The position numbers and the translations under genes were made by a program. 32,000 bases of DNA, from assembly GCF_037902255.1 (NCBI RefSeq), contig NZ_CP147990.1, forward strand, positions 540,001-572,000, in the 5' to 3' direction. Of this stretch, positions 24,317-32,000 are shown piece by piece (within the stretch, counting starts at the first letter, position 1; the number at the start of each line of letters is the position of its first letter). The DNA is from Candidatus Electrothrix sp. GW3-4. Lineage in GTDB: Bacteria > Desulfobacterota > Desulfobulbia > Desulfobulbales > Desulfobulbaceae. The notes under the pieces were generated by a model that made no database searches, was not told the origin of the DNA, and saw only the letters and a list, made by a program, of their open reading frames with translations.

Positions 24317-26118
24317 ATCAAAACCCTCCTTTCCAACTCCGCAGTTTCCTCTTCCAACCGCAGAATATCCGCCCGAATCTCGGCCAGCGAGCGCAGCGGC
24401 TTGAACTCATAAAAATACTTGGTAAAGTTGATTTCATACCCGGTCTTGGTCTTGCTCTCATCAATCCACGCCCCTGGTACGTGCGGTTTGACCTCCCGCT
24501 CAAAGTATTCTTCAATACTCTGCGGAACCAACCGACCGCGCTCATCCTTGCGCAGAAAGGGGATGTTCTCATAATCCCGCAACTTGGGATCAGGTTTGGG
24601 CTGGCCCTTTTTATCCCTTTTCACCTGTCCGTTCTCCATTATCAAAGGCCGTTCAACAACCACCCGCCAGTACCCGAAAAAGGCATTGGGATAGATCTTG
24701 CAGAACTCATTTTCCTGAAAATCGCCGTACAGATTGGCAATAAAGCCGATCCCCTTTTCCGCGCCGTTTTCCGCAATGGCCTTGCGCTTATTGCCCAGAC
24801 TGCGGGGCATCTTCTGCCAGAAGCGGTTAAAGTCCAGCTTACCCTCTTTGAGCAACTTATCATCCTTGGCCCCGGTGGCGTTGATCAGCTGCACCTTGCC
24901 CTTGCGTTCTGCGCTTTTATGATTGGAGAGTATCCAGACATAGGTCGCAATCCCGGTATTATAAAAGAGTTGATCCGGCAGGGCGACCACAGCCTCCAGC
25001 CAGTCGTTTTCAATGATCCACTTGCGAATCTCACTTTCACCACTCCCGGCCTGGCCGGTAAACAGGGGCGAGCCGTTAAAGACGATACCGATGCGACTGC
25101 CTTCCGGCTTCATCTTAGAGAGCATATGCTGGAGAAAGAGAAAGGCCCCGTCATTGATCCGGGGCAGCCCGGCCCCGAAGCGGCCAGCATGGCCTTTGCT
25201 CTCGTGTTCCTCCTTGATGCTCTTTTGCGCCTTTTTCCAGCTCACCCCGAAAGGCGGATTGGAGAGCATGTAGTCAAAGCGTTCCTCTGCCAGCTCGTCC
25301 GCAGTAAAGGTGTTGCCGAATTTGATATGGGCCGGGTTCTGGCCCTTGATCAGCATATCCGACTTGCAGACCGCATAGGATTCCGGATTGATCTCCTGGC
25401 CAAAGACCTCCAGTTTCCCCCTGGGATTGAGTTCATGGAGATAGCTTTCCGCAACAGAGAGCATACCCCCGGTGCCGCAGGCCGGATCATAGAGGGTGGT
25501 AACCATGCCCGGTTCTGTCAGGCTGTCCCGGTCTGTGATAAAAAGCAAATCAACCATCAGGCGGATAACCTCGCGGGGCGTGAAATGCTCTCCTGCGGTC
25601 TCGTTGGACAATTCAGCAAACTTGCGGATCAGCTCTTCAAAGACATAGCCCATCTCCATGCTGTCCATAGCGGAAAGATCAATCTCAGCAAAGGCCTTGA
25701 CCACCTGAAAGAGCAGGTCGGTTTTGGGATCATCCATCTTGTCAATCTCGGTCTCGAAATTGAAGTATTCCAGGATTTCCCGTGCTCCGGCAGAAAAGCC
25801 GTTGCTGAAGTTGCGCAGATTGGCCGCGATGTTGTCAGGGTCAGCAACCAGCTTGGAAAAATCGTACTGACTGCGGTTATGGAACTTGAACCCAGCAGCC
25901 TTGTTCAGCACAGCATCCTTGGCAGTGTCGGAAGACATCTTTTCCACCTTGGGCAGTTGCGCCAGCACCTTGTCCTTGGTGGGGGCAAGAATGCAGTCCA
26001 GCCGCCGCAGCACGGTCATGGGCAGAATGACTTTGCCGTAATCCGCCTGTTTGTAATCGCCGCGCAGCAGGTCGGCCACCTGCCAGATAAGATTTGCTTT
26101 GTCTTTGAAATTGGTCAT
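24313..26118 (-). CDS. hsdM: Type I restriction-modification N6-adenine DNA methyltransferase subunit (HsdM)
   Basis: ..LYDPACGTGGMLSVA.. (SAM motif I) and ..MLSNPPFGVSWKK.. (motif IV NPPF). HsdM_N-like N-terminus ..LIWQVADLLRGDYKQADYGKVILPMTVLRRLD... Confidence 0.93.
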   Translation of the reverse strand: MTNFKDKANLIWQVADLLRGDYKQADYGKVILPMTVLRRLDCILAPTKDKVLAQLPKVEKMSSDTAKDAVLNKAAGFKFHNRSQYDFSKLVADPDNIAANLRNFSNGFSAGAREILEYFNFETEIDKMDDPKTDLLFQVVKAFAEIDLSAMDSMEMGYVFEELIRKFAELSNETAGEHFTPREVIRLMVDLLFITDRDSLTEPGMVTTLYDPACGTGGMLSVAESYLHELNPRGKLEVFGQEINPESYAVCKSDMLIKGQNPAHIKFGNTFTADELAEERFDYMLSNPPFGVSWKKAQKSIKEEHESKGHAGRFGAGLPRINDGAFLFLQHMLSKMKPEGSRIGIVFNGSPLFTGQAGSGESEIRKWIIENDWLEAVVALPDQLFYNTGIATYVWILSNHKSAERKGKVQLINATGAKDDKLLKEGKLDFNRFWQKMPRSLGNKRKAIAENGAEKGIGFIANLYGDFQENEFCKIYPNAFFGYWRVVVERPLIMENGQVKRDKKGQPKPDPKLRDYENIPFLRKDERGRLVPQSIEEYFEREVKPHVPGAWIDESKTKTGYEINFTKYFYEFKPLRSLAEIRADILRLEEETAELERRVLI

Positions 26119-26381
26119 GAATGGGTATCTCTTGGGGGTATCTGTTGAGGAACAGGAAAGTATGCTGTAGTGAATCAGTCGTGCTTATGTAACAGGAGCT
26201 GGGGGATTGCTCAAGGGAAATGAGGAAGAGCAGACATATCTGCGATAACCTGTTTACGCCTCCACCCCGGCCTTTTGCAACCTCCTGAAAATCGCTTCGG
26301 CAATATCATCGGCTCCGGTCGATGCATCGGTCTGCGGTGTTGCCAAGTCCCGGATAAAAGAACAGGTGCATTTCACGAAAA

Positions 26382-27596
26382 TCAATCAGGGGAAAAGAAC
26401 ACCTTTTTTCCGATAAATTCTGCAATGGTTTTTGCATCAGACTGTGCATTCTTCTGATTATGGTAATTGACCACGTTCTCTCTTTGTCCGTTGTTCAGAA
26501 TAATGTTCAGTTGGTAGTTGGTGTAATCTGGACCATCTGAGTTTGAAACTGAATGCGGAATGAGTTGTAAGGCATAGATCTCTGAGAAAGAAATGATCTT
26601 TTGTCTTTTTCCCCTTCCTTTCCTGAATATGTTATTCTTTCCGTCAAATAGCCGAGGGGAAGAGAGAAAATACAGCAAAGAAGCACCCGCTAGCAGAAAA
26701 AGCAGGCTTACCAATTGTGCCAGGCCCTCTTCAACAAATGATTCCGGAATCCATCTGCCGTGTTGCCGGGGACCGACATACGATAAACATCCTATTCCTA
26801 CCGCCATAAAAAGCCCGCAGAATGCTTTTACGCCGAGTGTGGTTTTATAGGTAAGTAATCTTTTTGTAGGTATTGAAAGTTTATAGGGATCAAAATTTGA
26901 AGAGCTCGTGTTGAGCGGTTTCCAGTTCATTGTATCCGTAACCGCATCATTGCATTCACCATCGCCTTCATCAAGGCATTGGGCAGGGCCTTTCTTCTTT
27001 TTTTTCAGCAGAGGGTCCAATCGTCTCCGCGCATCTCTGACATTTGCTATAGCATAGAACCCCGGGCCTTGAACGATGGCTTGGAGAGCGGAAAAAACAT
27101 TGCCGCTGGACTGGGCAGGAGGTGTTTCCTCGGCAAAGATCAGATCCCCCGACCCATCTCCTTTTGCTTTGAGGGTGTTTTTCTCAAAGTGATGGGGATA
27201 AAAACTCCTGATCCGCACTTCTCCTAAGGTACCATCAAGGATAATTGCCCACTGATCGGTAATCACATAGGCGATAAGGTCGGCCTTGGTGAACAGCCAT
27301 ATAGGGGATCCTAGCAAAGCAATGCCGAGGAACAGCCCCGGTATGCCGAAGAGAAGAAAGATCAGAGAAAAGAGGGCGAATGCATCGGAAAGATCAGGGA
27401 CCTTGAAGTCTACCGCATTACCCATCCAGAAGATAAAGAATACGGTGATGATGATGCCAAGGATTGTGAGAGGAACGGCTCTCAGGGCATAGCCTGCCGG
27501 AATTGGACTGCCCAGCCACTTGATTTTTTCGCCTTGCTTGAGTTCCGCCTTCAGGGCCTGACGAATTTTCTTCGGGATTTGCTGAATGGCCTTCAT
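26382..27596 (-). CDS. Hypothetical membrane protein (404 aa) with two 'TM hairpin + soluble beta-rich domain' halves
   Basis: Two pairs of hydrophobic helices (LTILGIIITVFFIFWMG / LFSLIFLLFGIPGLFLGIALLG and AFCGLFMAVGIGCLSYV / LVSLLFLLAGASLLYFL), each followed by about 70-90 polar residues. A K-rich linker (KKKKKG) separates the halves. Own promoter upstream. Confidence 0.6.
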   Translation of the reverse strand: MKAIQQIPKKIRQALKAELKQGEKIKWLGSPIPAGYALRAVPLTILGIIITVFFIFWMGNAVDFKVPDLSDAFALFSLIFLLFGIPGLFLGIALLGSPIWLFTKADLIAYVITDQWAIILDGTLGEVRIRSFYPHHFEKNTLKAKGDGSGDLIFAEETPPAQSSGNVFSALQAIVQGPGFYAIANVRDARRRLDPLLKKKKKGPAQCLDEGDGECNDAVTDTMNWKPLNTSSSNFDPYKLSIPTKRLLTYKTTLGVKAFCGLFMAVGIGCLSYVGPRQHGRWIPESFVEEGLAQLVSLLFLLAGASLLYFLSSPRLFDGKNNIFRKGRGKRQKIISFSEIYALQLIPHSVSNSDGPDYTNYQLNIILNNGQRENVVNYHNQKNAQSDAKTIAEFIGKKVFFSPD

Positions 27597-27631
27597 TTTT
27601 CCCTCCTTTTCTCTTGCTGCTGATAATGGTT

Positions 27632-27660
27632 ATTATCAATAAGAAAAAGAAAGGTGTCAA
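27632..27660 (-). promoter_or_regulatory. Sigma70-type promoter for the 404-aa membrane protein gene
   Basis: On the minus strand: TTGACA (27660-27655), 17 nt, GATAAT (27637-27632), about 35 nt upstream of ATG 27596. Confidence 0.55.
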
Positions 27661-27847
27661 GTGAATTGGGTCGTAAGTCTCAGCCTTCAGCGAAGGGGGT
27701 GACAAGGGATTTTTCTAGGATCTGCTTGCTTTGTCTCGTTTTCTGATCAGGAAGTCGAGCTCTGCATAACTGCGTATTGATCATCTTGGTTGGATCGAGT
27801 AACCTGCTGTTGTTCCTTTTCAGTAAATCTTTATCTTCTGTTTTCTC

Positions 27848-28702
27848 ATGCACAATATCATCCTGTTGCTCCTTTGTTTGCTCTCTCTCTGTACGGTCGG
27901 TTGTGATGAAAACACCGATATGCGGCTTGCCACCGAGGCAGGCATTGACGCAGTGCGCGCGGTTGCCCTGACAGATAAGGCGGTTCAGCGGATGGCGGTT
28001 CGGTCCTCTGCCTATGCGGACAGCAAGCAAAGGGTGGCGCCAGCCACGAGTAAATACGCCCGACGTCTCCAGCGGCTGGTGGGCGATCATTATCAGACAG
28101 GCGAACTGACCTTTAACTATAAGGTCTACCTGGCCCAGGAGGTCAATGCCTTTGCCATGGCGGACGGAACCATCCGGGTCTACAGCGGCCTGATGGATAT
28201 GTTCACCGATGATGAGTTGCGTTTTGTTATCGGGCATGAGATGGGCCATGTGGCCATGAAGCATATCCATAAAAAACTTCGGATAGCCTATGCCTCCAGC
28301 GCGGTGCGCAAGGCCATTGCTGCCACTGATAGCACTGCTGGCGAGATTGCCCGGTCACAGCTCGGGGGCTTTGTCAAGGTCTTGCTGGGGGCCCAGTTTT
28401 CCCAGCTGGAGGAAAAAGAGGCAGATGATTACAGCTTGATCTTTATGCGGGAACAGGGATATGCTGCGCAGGCCGCTGTTACGGCCCTGAAGAAGCTCGC
28501 CACCCTGGGCAATAACCATTCCTTTTTATCCAGCCATCCTGCTCCGGGCAAACGGGCAGAACGCCTGCAGCAGCAGCTGGAGGGCAAGGCGGTCAGCATT
28601 GCAGACCAGAAAAAAGGCCTGTGGGAAAAGACCAAGGGGGCGGTGCTCATGGTGGTGAATCTGCTGCTTGGCCTCCTTCGTTGGCTGGCCGGGCTTTTGT
28701 AG
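27848..28702 (+). CDS. M48-family zinc metallopeptidase lipoprotein (LoiP/YcaL-like)
   Basis: Lipobox ..LSLCTVGC... ..FVIGHEMGHVAMKH.. (HExxH). ..EEKEADDYSL.. (downstream Glu ligand region). Confidence 0.85.
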   Translation: MHNIILLLLCLLSLCTVGCDENTDMRLATEAGIDAVRAVALTDKAVQRMAVRSSAYADSKQRVAPATSKYARRLQRLVGDHYQTGELTFNYKVYLAQEVNAFAMADGTIRVYSGLMDMFTDDELRFVIGHEMGHVAMKHIHKKLRIAYASSAVRKAIAATDSTAGEIARSQLGGFVKVLLGAQFSQLEEKEADDYSLIFMREQGYAAQAAVTALKKLATLGNNHSFLSSHPAPGKRAERLQQQLEGKAVSIADQKKGLWEKTKGAVLMVVNLLLGLLRWLAGLL

Positions 28703-28866
28703 TTGATCAATACTGGGGAACTACATATCTCTCAAGATGTCTAAAAGGCGATATGTAGTTATAAGCTCACGGAAAAAATAATGCATAACAGGAGGGAAAA
28801 CCCGCTACCACGTCGTTTGGTGGTTCTATGCCTTATTTCGGGTGGTCAACGTTCACGGCGTGTGTG

Positions 28867-29178
28867 CTAATTCCCAGCATTGATTACATAAAAAACTCCG
28901 CCTAACTGAAAAATTATCGTCGTCCCAGTGCAGGTCTCAACGGTACCGTTATTTATATACCCAGATGAGCTGTCTATTATTTTCCCTAAAGAAAGTATTG
29001 TTCCATCATTGGTTAGAAAAGAGGAACCTGCTTCAAGGGAAATATTGCTGCAATTCATCGTAAGGGTACTGTCGCTGTTGATGGTCAGAGTGCTTCCGTC
29101 CTTAATAATCAGCTCTCCCGCCTGTATTGATGCGGGCAGGAGGAACAGAAGCAGGATTGCTAAGAGAAATATTTTCAT
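28867..29178 (-). CDS. Small secreted beta-rich protein (103 aa)
   Basis: Signal peptide MKIFLLAILLLFLLPASIQA. S/T/G/N-rich alternating pattern (..STLTINSDSTLTMNCSNISLEAGSS..). RBS GGAGGGAAG. Lies 25 nt downstream of the S74-domain gene on the same strand. Confidence 0.6.
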   Translation of the reverse strand: MKIFLLAILLLFLLPASIQAGELIIKDGSTLTINSDSTLTMNCSNISLEAGSSFLTNDGTILSLGKIIDSSSGYINNGTVETCTGTTIIFQLGGVFYVINAGN

Positions 29179-29203
29179 TTTGCTTCCCTCCGTTCCGGTT
29201 GAT

Positions 29204-30661
29204 TTACTGCACTCCGGCCTGATGTTCCAGTGCTGTTATTTTATTCTCCAGCCTGTTGATAGTTGTCTGTTGGTCCTGCATAACTTTTGTGAGCACAGCG
29301 ACCACATCCATGGTGCTTATTGATCTCCTGCTTTGAGTGGCAACTAAATCCGGGACTTCTTCGGCAATAAAACCAATAGACTCTTCATCAGGAGAGGTTT
29401 TGTAATGGAAGCGGACAGGTCGCAACGCCGCCAAGGTAGATTCTGCATCCTCCAGCTCCAAAGAGCGAATGTCTTTTTTCAGGGTCCGACTGCTGCCCAG
29501 TTCAAGATTACCGCTAATGAGCGCATCGCCGACCACATACAGCGTCTGTGTTACAGTGTTGCCGTCATCGTCACCTATTCGGGCATTACCGACAACATGT
29601 AAGCTGGCGTCCGGTGACGTGGTGTTGATACCAACAGTTCCAGGATTCCCCTTCAGATAAAGAGTATTTTCAGCCGTTCCGGGTATGATTTTGAACGGCA
29701 ATTTGCTGCCGTTGGTTACATCCCGGATAAAAAAATTCGTCTCATTGGCCGCTACATCCCAAGTTTGCGGGGTGAAGCCATCAGAACCATCCTGCTCAAG
29801 TCGAACTGTAGGTGTATTGCCCTCCATTATATGGAGATCAACGACCGGAGTTGCAGTTTTTATACCGACATCACCATCACTTTCAACATACAGTGTGTTT
29901 GAAGGCGCACCTGCTTCAACCTTAAAAGGGACTTTTCCAGCTGTACTGTCTTCCACCGCAAAATAATTTGCTCCCCCATTGCTGGAATCATTAAAAATAA
30001 ATCGCCAATCATTTGCCGGAAAGCTTCCTGAGTTGGATGTGTCATCAATATGAATACGTAGATTGTTTTCTTTAAGACGGATGGTATCGGACCCAAAAGA
30101 TTCACTCGTTGTACAATCAACCCCTACGCATTCACTGCCCTGAACAATTTGATCCGTTGCAATGACATTTGCAGCATACGCAGAGGGGGCAAGCAGGTCC
30201 CCAAGAGCTGTCAGAAGAGCCTCTAATCGAGAGGTCCCCTTTTGGTCAGCAGATTCTTCAACTCCTGGAGCGATAATTACACCGCCTTGAAGGAGGAAAC
30301 CTCCTGATGTGTTCCACACCGGATATTTAATCTCTTCATCTGTTTCACTTCGTTCCGCACGACGTTCTCTCTTAGGAGATATGCCTTGCCGTACCTCGTA
30401 GGTGTATTGTCCGTCCAGGAGGTTTCCTGAGGCCGTCCAAGATAGAGGCGTTCCATCACTTGTTTCATCACACATTAATTTACCATCTGGTCCAACTACT
30501 CGAAGTAAAAGAAAAGAGGCGCCATAAGTACCTTCAACATAAAGTCCGTTCTGATGCACCGTTATTTCCGCCCCCTGCTGGCCATTCACTGTCGTCAGAG
30601 CGACACCCGTAACTGTAACGACCAAAAGAGATAAAAAAAGATGTAGTATATTTTTTTTCAT
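29204..30661 (-). CDS. Secreted protein with C-terminal peptidase_S74 (tail-fibre/endosialidase intramolecular chaperone) domain
   Basis: Signal-like MKKNILHLFLSLLVVTVTGVALT. C-terminus ..SSRTLKKDIRSLELEDAESTLAALRPVRFHYKTSPDEESIGFIAEEVPDLVA..MDVVAVLTKVMQDQQTTINRLENKITALE matches the S74 chaperone pattern (S-x-R-x-K...IGFIAQEV...). An internal duplicated module of about 75 aa is present (..NDWRFIFNDSSNGGANYFAVEDSTAGKVPFKVEAGAPSNTLYV.. / ..QTWDVAANETNFFIRDVTNGSKLPFKIIPGTAENTLYL..). Confidence 0.75.
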   Translation of the reverse strand: MKKNILHLFLSLLVVTVTGVALTTVNGQQGAEITVHQNGLYVEGTYGASFLLLRVVGPDGKLMCDETSDGTPLSWTASGNLLDGQYTYEVRQGISPKRERRAERSETDEEIKYPVWNTSGGFLLQGGVIIAPGVEESADQKGTSRLEALLTALGDLLAPSAYAANVIATDQIVQGSECVGVDCTTSESFGSDTIRLKENNLRIHIDDTSNSGSFPANDWRFIFNDSSNGGANYFAVEDSTAGKVPFKVEAGAPSNTLYVESDGDVGIKTATPVVDLHIMEGNTPTVRLEQDGSDGFTPQTWDVAANETNFFIRDVTNGSKLPFKIIPGTAENTLYLKGNPGTVGINTTSPDASLHVVGNARIGDDDGNTVTQTLYVVGDALISGNLELGSSRTLKKDIRSLELEDAESTLAALRPVRFHYKTSPDEESIGFIAEEVPDLVATQSRRSISTMDVVAVLTKVMQDQQTTINRLENKITALEHQAGVQ

Positions 30662-30866
30662 AACTCTCACCAATGATTACGTTTTAATAAAATATTTTAT
30701 CGTAATTGAGTATAATTTTTATTACTGTTAACTTTATGGTAGCATAGAATGGAACATTGTGGCAGTAAAAACGAACTTGCAGTATGTTCCTCTGTATGAA
30801 GAGGGAGTTGATCAAACAGGAAGTTAGGTGAAATATCTGCACATCCTTTCGCTGGGGGGAATACCT

Positions 30867-32000
30867 TTGAAGAAACGTTTTTTTACTCTCATATTGAGTT
30901 GTCTCGCTTTTGTTCATCCCTTTATGGGCAAAAGGGCATTTTCTGCTGCCGGAGGTGATGAGCATAGCCTCAGACCTTCTTCAGCAGATATCTGCCTGCC
31001 AGGCCAACCGTGCCTCATGAGCATTGATAAAACGAATAACTCGGCCTTGAGGGCTAAATGGCGCTCAACTGACGACCCCTCTCAGGATGGATGGGCAACA
31101 GAAGTTTTTAACTCACAGGCGGATCAGCAACTGAAAAAAATCGGCAAAATGATTCTTCACCCAGAGAAGTTGGGTGAGCATCTTGTTGAGCTTATTGATA
31201 AGGAATTTCGATCGTCATATCAGTACCCCCTACCGATTGAAACAGTGTACGAAGATAAGGAGCTGACCGTTCGGAGGTTTTCCCCCTCAGCATCAGGATC
31301 AGGAGAAGAAAAAGATATAAAACAGGGAAAAACAGCTTTCACTGAGTTGATAAAAGGAATAGGAGCTCCCTTTCAGGGGGCAAAGGATCTTCGTTTTAAA
31401 TTCAAACTTTATCGGGTAAATAAAGAAAAGGATCATATAACAACCTACCAATACTTTGCTCTTTCCGGCCTTACGGACCAGGGAATGCTGGAACAAAACG
31501 CGACATGGCGAATTATCTGGAAAGAACGAGACAATGGCTTGCCTGTTCTTGCGAACCTCTTTGTTGAGGCATTTGAGGAGGTACAAGGACATGCATCAAC
31601 AGGACGTCTTTTGCACGATTATACAGAAGCTGTTCTTGGAGATAACCCAAGCTATTCCAACCAAATTCTCCACGGTTACCAGGAATTTCTTGGTAAAATA
31701 GAGAACACCCATGAGTTTAATATATTCGGTGCAGCAGGTCTCGCTGTGGGCGATGTGAATAATGACGGATTAGACGATCTTTATCTTTGTCAGGAACAAG
31801 GGCTTCCTAATCGACTGTATCTTCAGCAGGAGAACGGTACAGCCGTAGACATATCGGCCAAGGCCGGTGTAGATTGGTTGGAAAGTTCACGCAGCCCCCT
31901 TTTTATCGACTTTGATAATGATGGAGACCAAGACCTGGCCGTAACCATGCCAGGGGCTCTGGTGCTGGCAGAAAATAATGGGCAGGGTGTTTTTACCATC
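30867..32000 (+). CDS. Secreted FG-GAP/VCBS-repeat (ASPIC/UnbV, CRTAC1-like) protein; the 3' end lies beyond the window
   Basis: Not in the ORF track because no stop occurs in the window. The frame is open from 30828 to 32000. TTG 30867 follows GGGGGGA and gives the signal-like (M)KKRFFTLILSCLAFVHPF.. . FG-GAP motifs ..FGAAGLAVGDVNNDGLDDLYLCQ.. and ..SPLFIDFDNDGDQDLAV.. near the end. The start codon is uncertain (ATG 30924 is an alternative). Confidence 0.7.
   Translation, partial: MKKRFFTLILSCLAFVHPFMGKRAFSAAGGDEHSLRPSSADICLPGQPCLMSIDKTNNSALRAKWRSTDDPSQDGWATEVFNSQADQQLKKIGKMILHPEKLGEHLVELIDKEFRSSYQYPLPIETVYEDKELTVRRFSPSASGSGEEKDIKQGKTAFTELIKGIGAPFQGAKDLRFKFKLYRVNKEKDHITTYQYFALSGLTDQGMLEQNATWRIIWKERDNGLPVLANLFVEAFEEVQGHASTGRLLHDYTEAVLGDNPSYSNQILHGYQEFLGKIENTHEFNIFGAAGLAVGDVNNDGLDDLYLCQEQGLPNRLYLQQENGTAVDISAKAGVDWLESSRSPLFIDFDNDGDQDLAVTMPGALVLAENNGQGVFTI

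Noticed and set aside
26254-26376. 40-aa minus-strand peptide (..GADDIAEAIFRRLQKAGVEA*) as a C-terminal remnant of a truncated gene (possibly oxidoreductase-like) marking the far island junction.
   Set aside because: It is too short and the similarity is only impressionistic. It cannot be supported without a database search.
29204-30673. S74 tail-fibre-domain gene as evidence of a prophage.
   Set aside because: There are no capsid, terminase, baseplate, integrase or lysis genes in the flanking 5 kb. The protein carries a signal peptide, which fits a cellular surface protein.
30745-30765. Possible sigma54 promoter TGGAACATTGTGGCA in the divergent region upstream of the FG-GAP gene.
   Set aside because: The GG-to-GC spacing is one nucleotide short of the -24/-12 consensus, and the flanking bases do not match TGGCAC/TTGCW.

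Overview
The window looks like bacterial chromosome: a housekeeping core (rpsB-tsf-pyrH, an MBL-fold hydrolase, tRNA-Leu(CAA)) flanked on both sides by accessory or defence-type DNA. All calls rest on motif reading of the six-frame translations and inspection of the nucleotides; no database search was possible. Taxonomy cannot be assigned from the window. The GTAGGGGCGAATCC-type REP-like element and the protein flavour weakly suggest a Desulfobacterota-like host.

Left arm (1-13.8 kb):
- 3' end of an ABC/AAA_15-like ATPase, followed by a frameshifted PIN-domain gene and an acidic hypothetical protein.
- A 40-aa AraC C-terminal remnant next to a Bcr/CflA-type MFS efflux pump.
- A fragment resembling the C-terminus of Rpn/YhgA-like nucleases.
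- A strikingly AT-rich island carrying one 468-aa ORF with an Mrr-cat-like PD-(D/E)XK motif.
- A roughly 290-bp array of degenerate 21-bp tandem repeats with CAATTG-centred palindromes.
- A signal-peptide/BON/MscS channel.
- An ATP-grasp (Ddl-like)::S58 (DmpA-like) peptidase fusion, translationally coupled to an HDAC-family amidohydrolase.
- A YdcF/DUF218 protein.
- A small TM protein and a 550-aa coiled-coil/TPR protein that share one reading frame and are separated only by a TAG codon.
- A PIN/antitoxin pair whose toxin is frameshifted.

Right arm (17.5-32 kb):
- Directly after tRNA-Leu, a type I restriction-modification locus ordered hsdM-rhuM-hsdS / vapBC / hsdR, all on the minus strand.
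- A 404-aa membrane protein.
- An M48 lipoprotein peptidase.
- A cluster of secreted proteins: a small beta-rich protein, a peptidase_S74 'tail-fibre chaperone' domain protein, and an FG-GAP/ASPIC-like protein running off the window.

No CRISPR array, rRNA, or intact transposase or integrase was seen. The observations most worth following up are:
- the phased 21-bp repeat array;
- the AT-rich orphan nuclease;
- the stop-split TM/TPR gene;
- the truncated ATPase-PIN module;
- the ligase::peptidase fusion operon.
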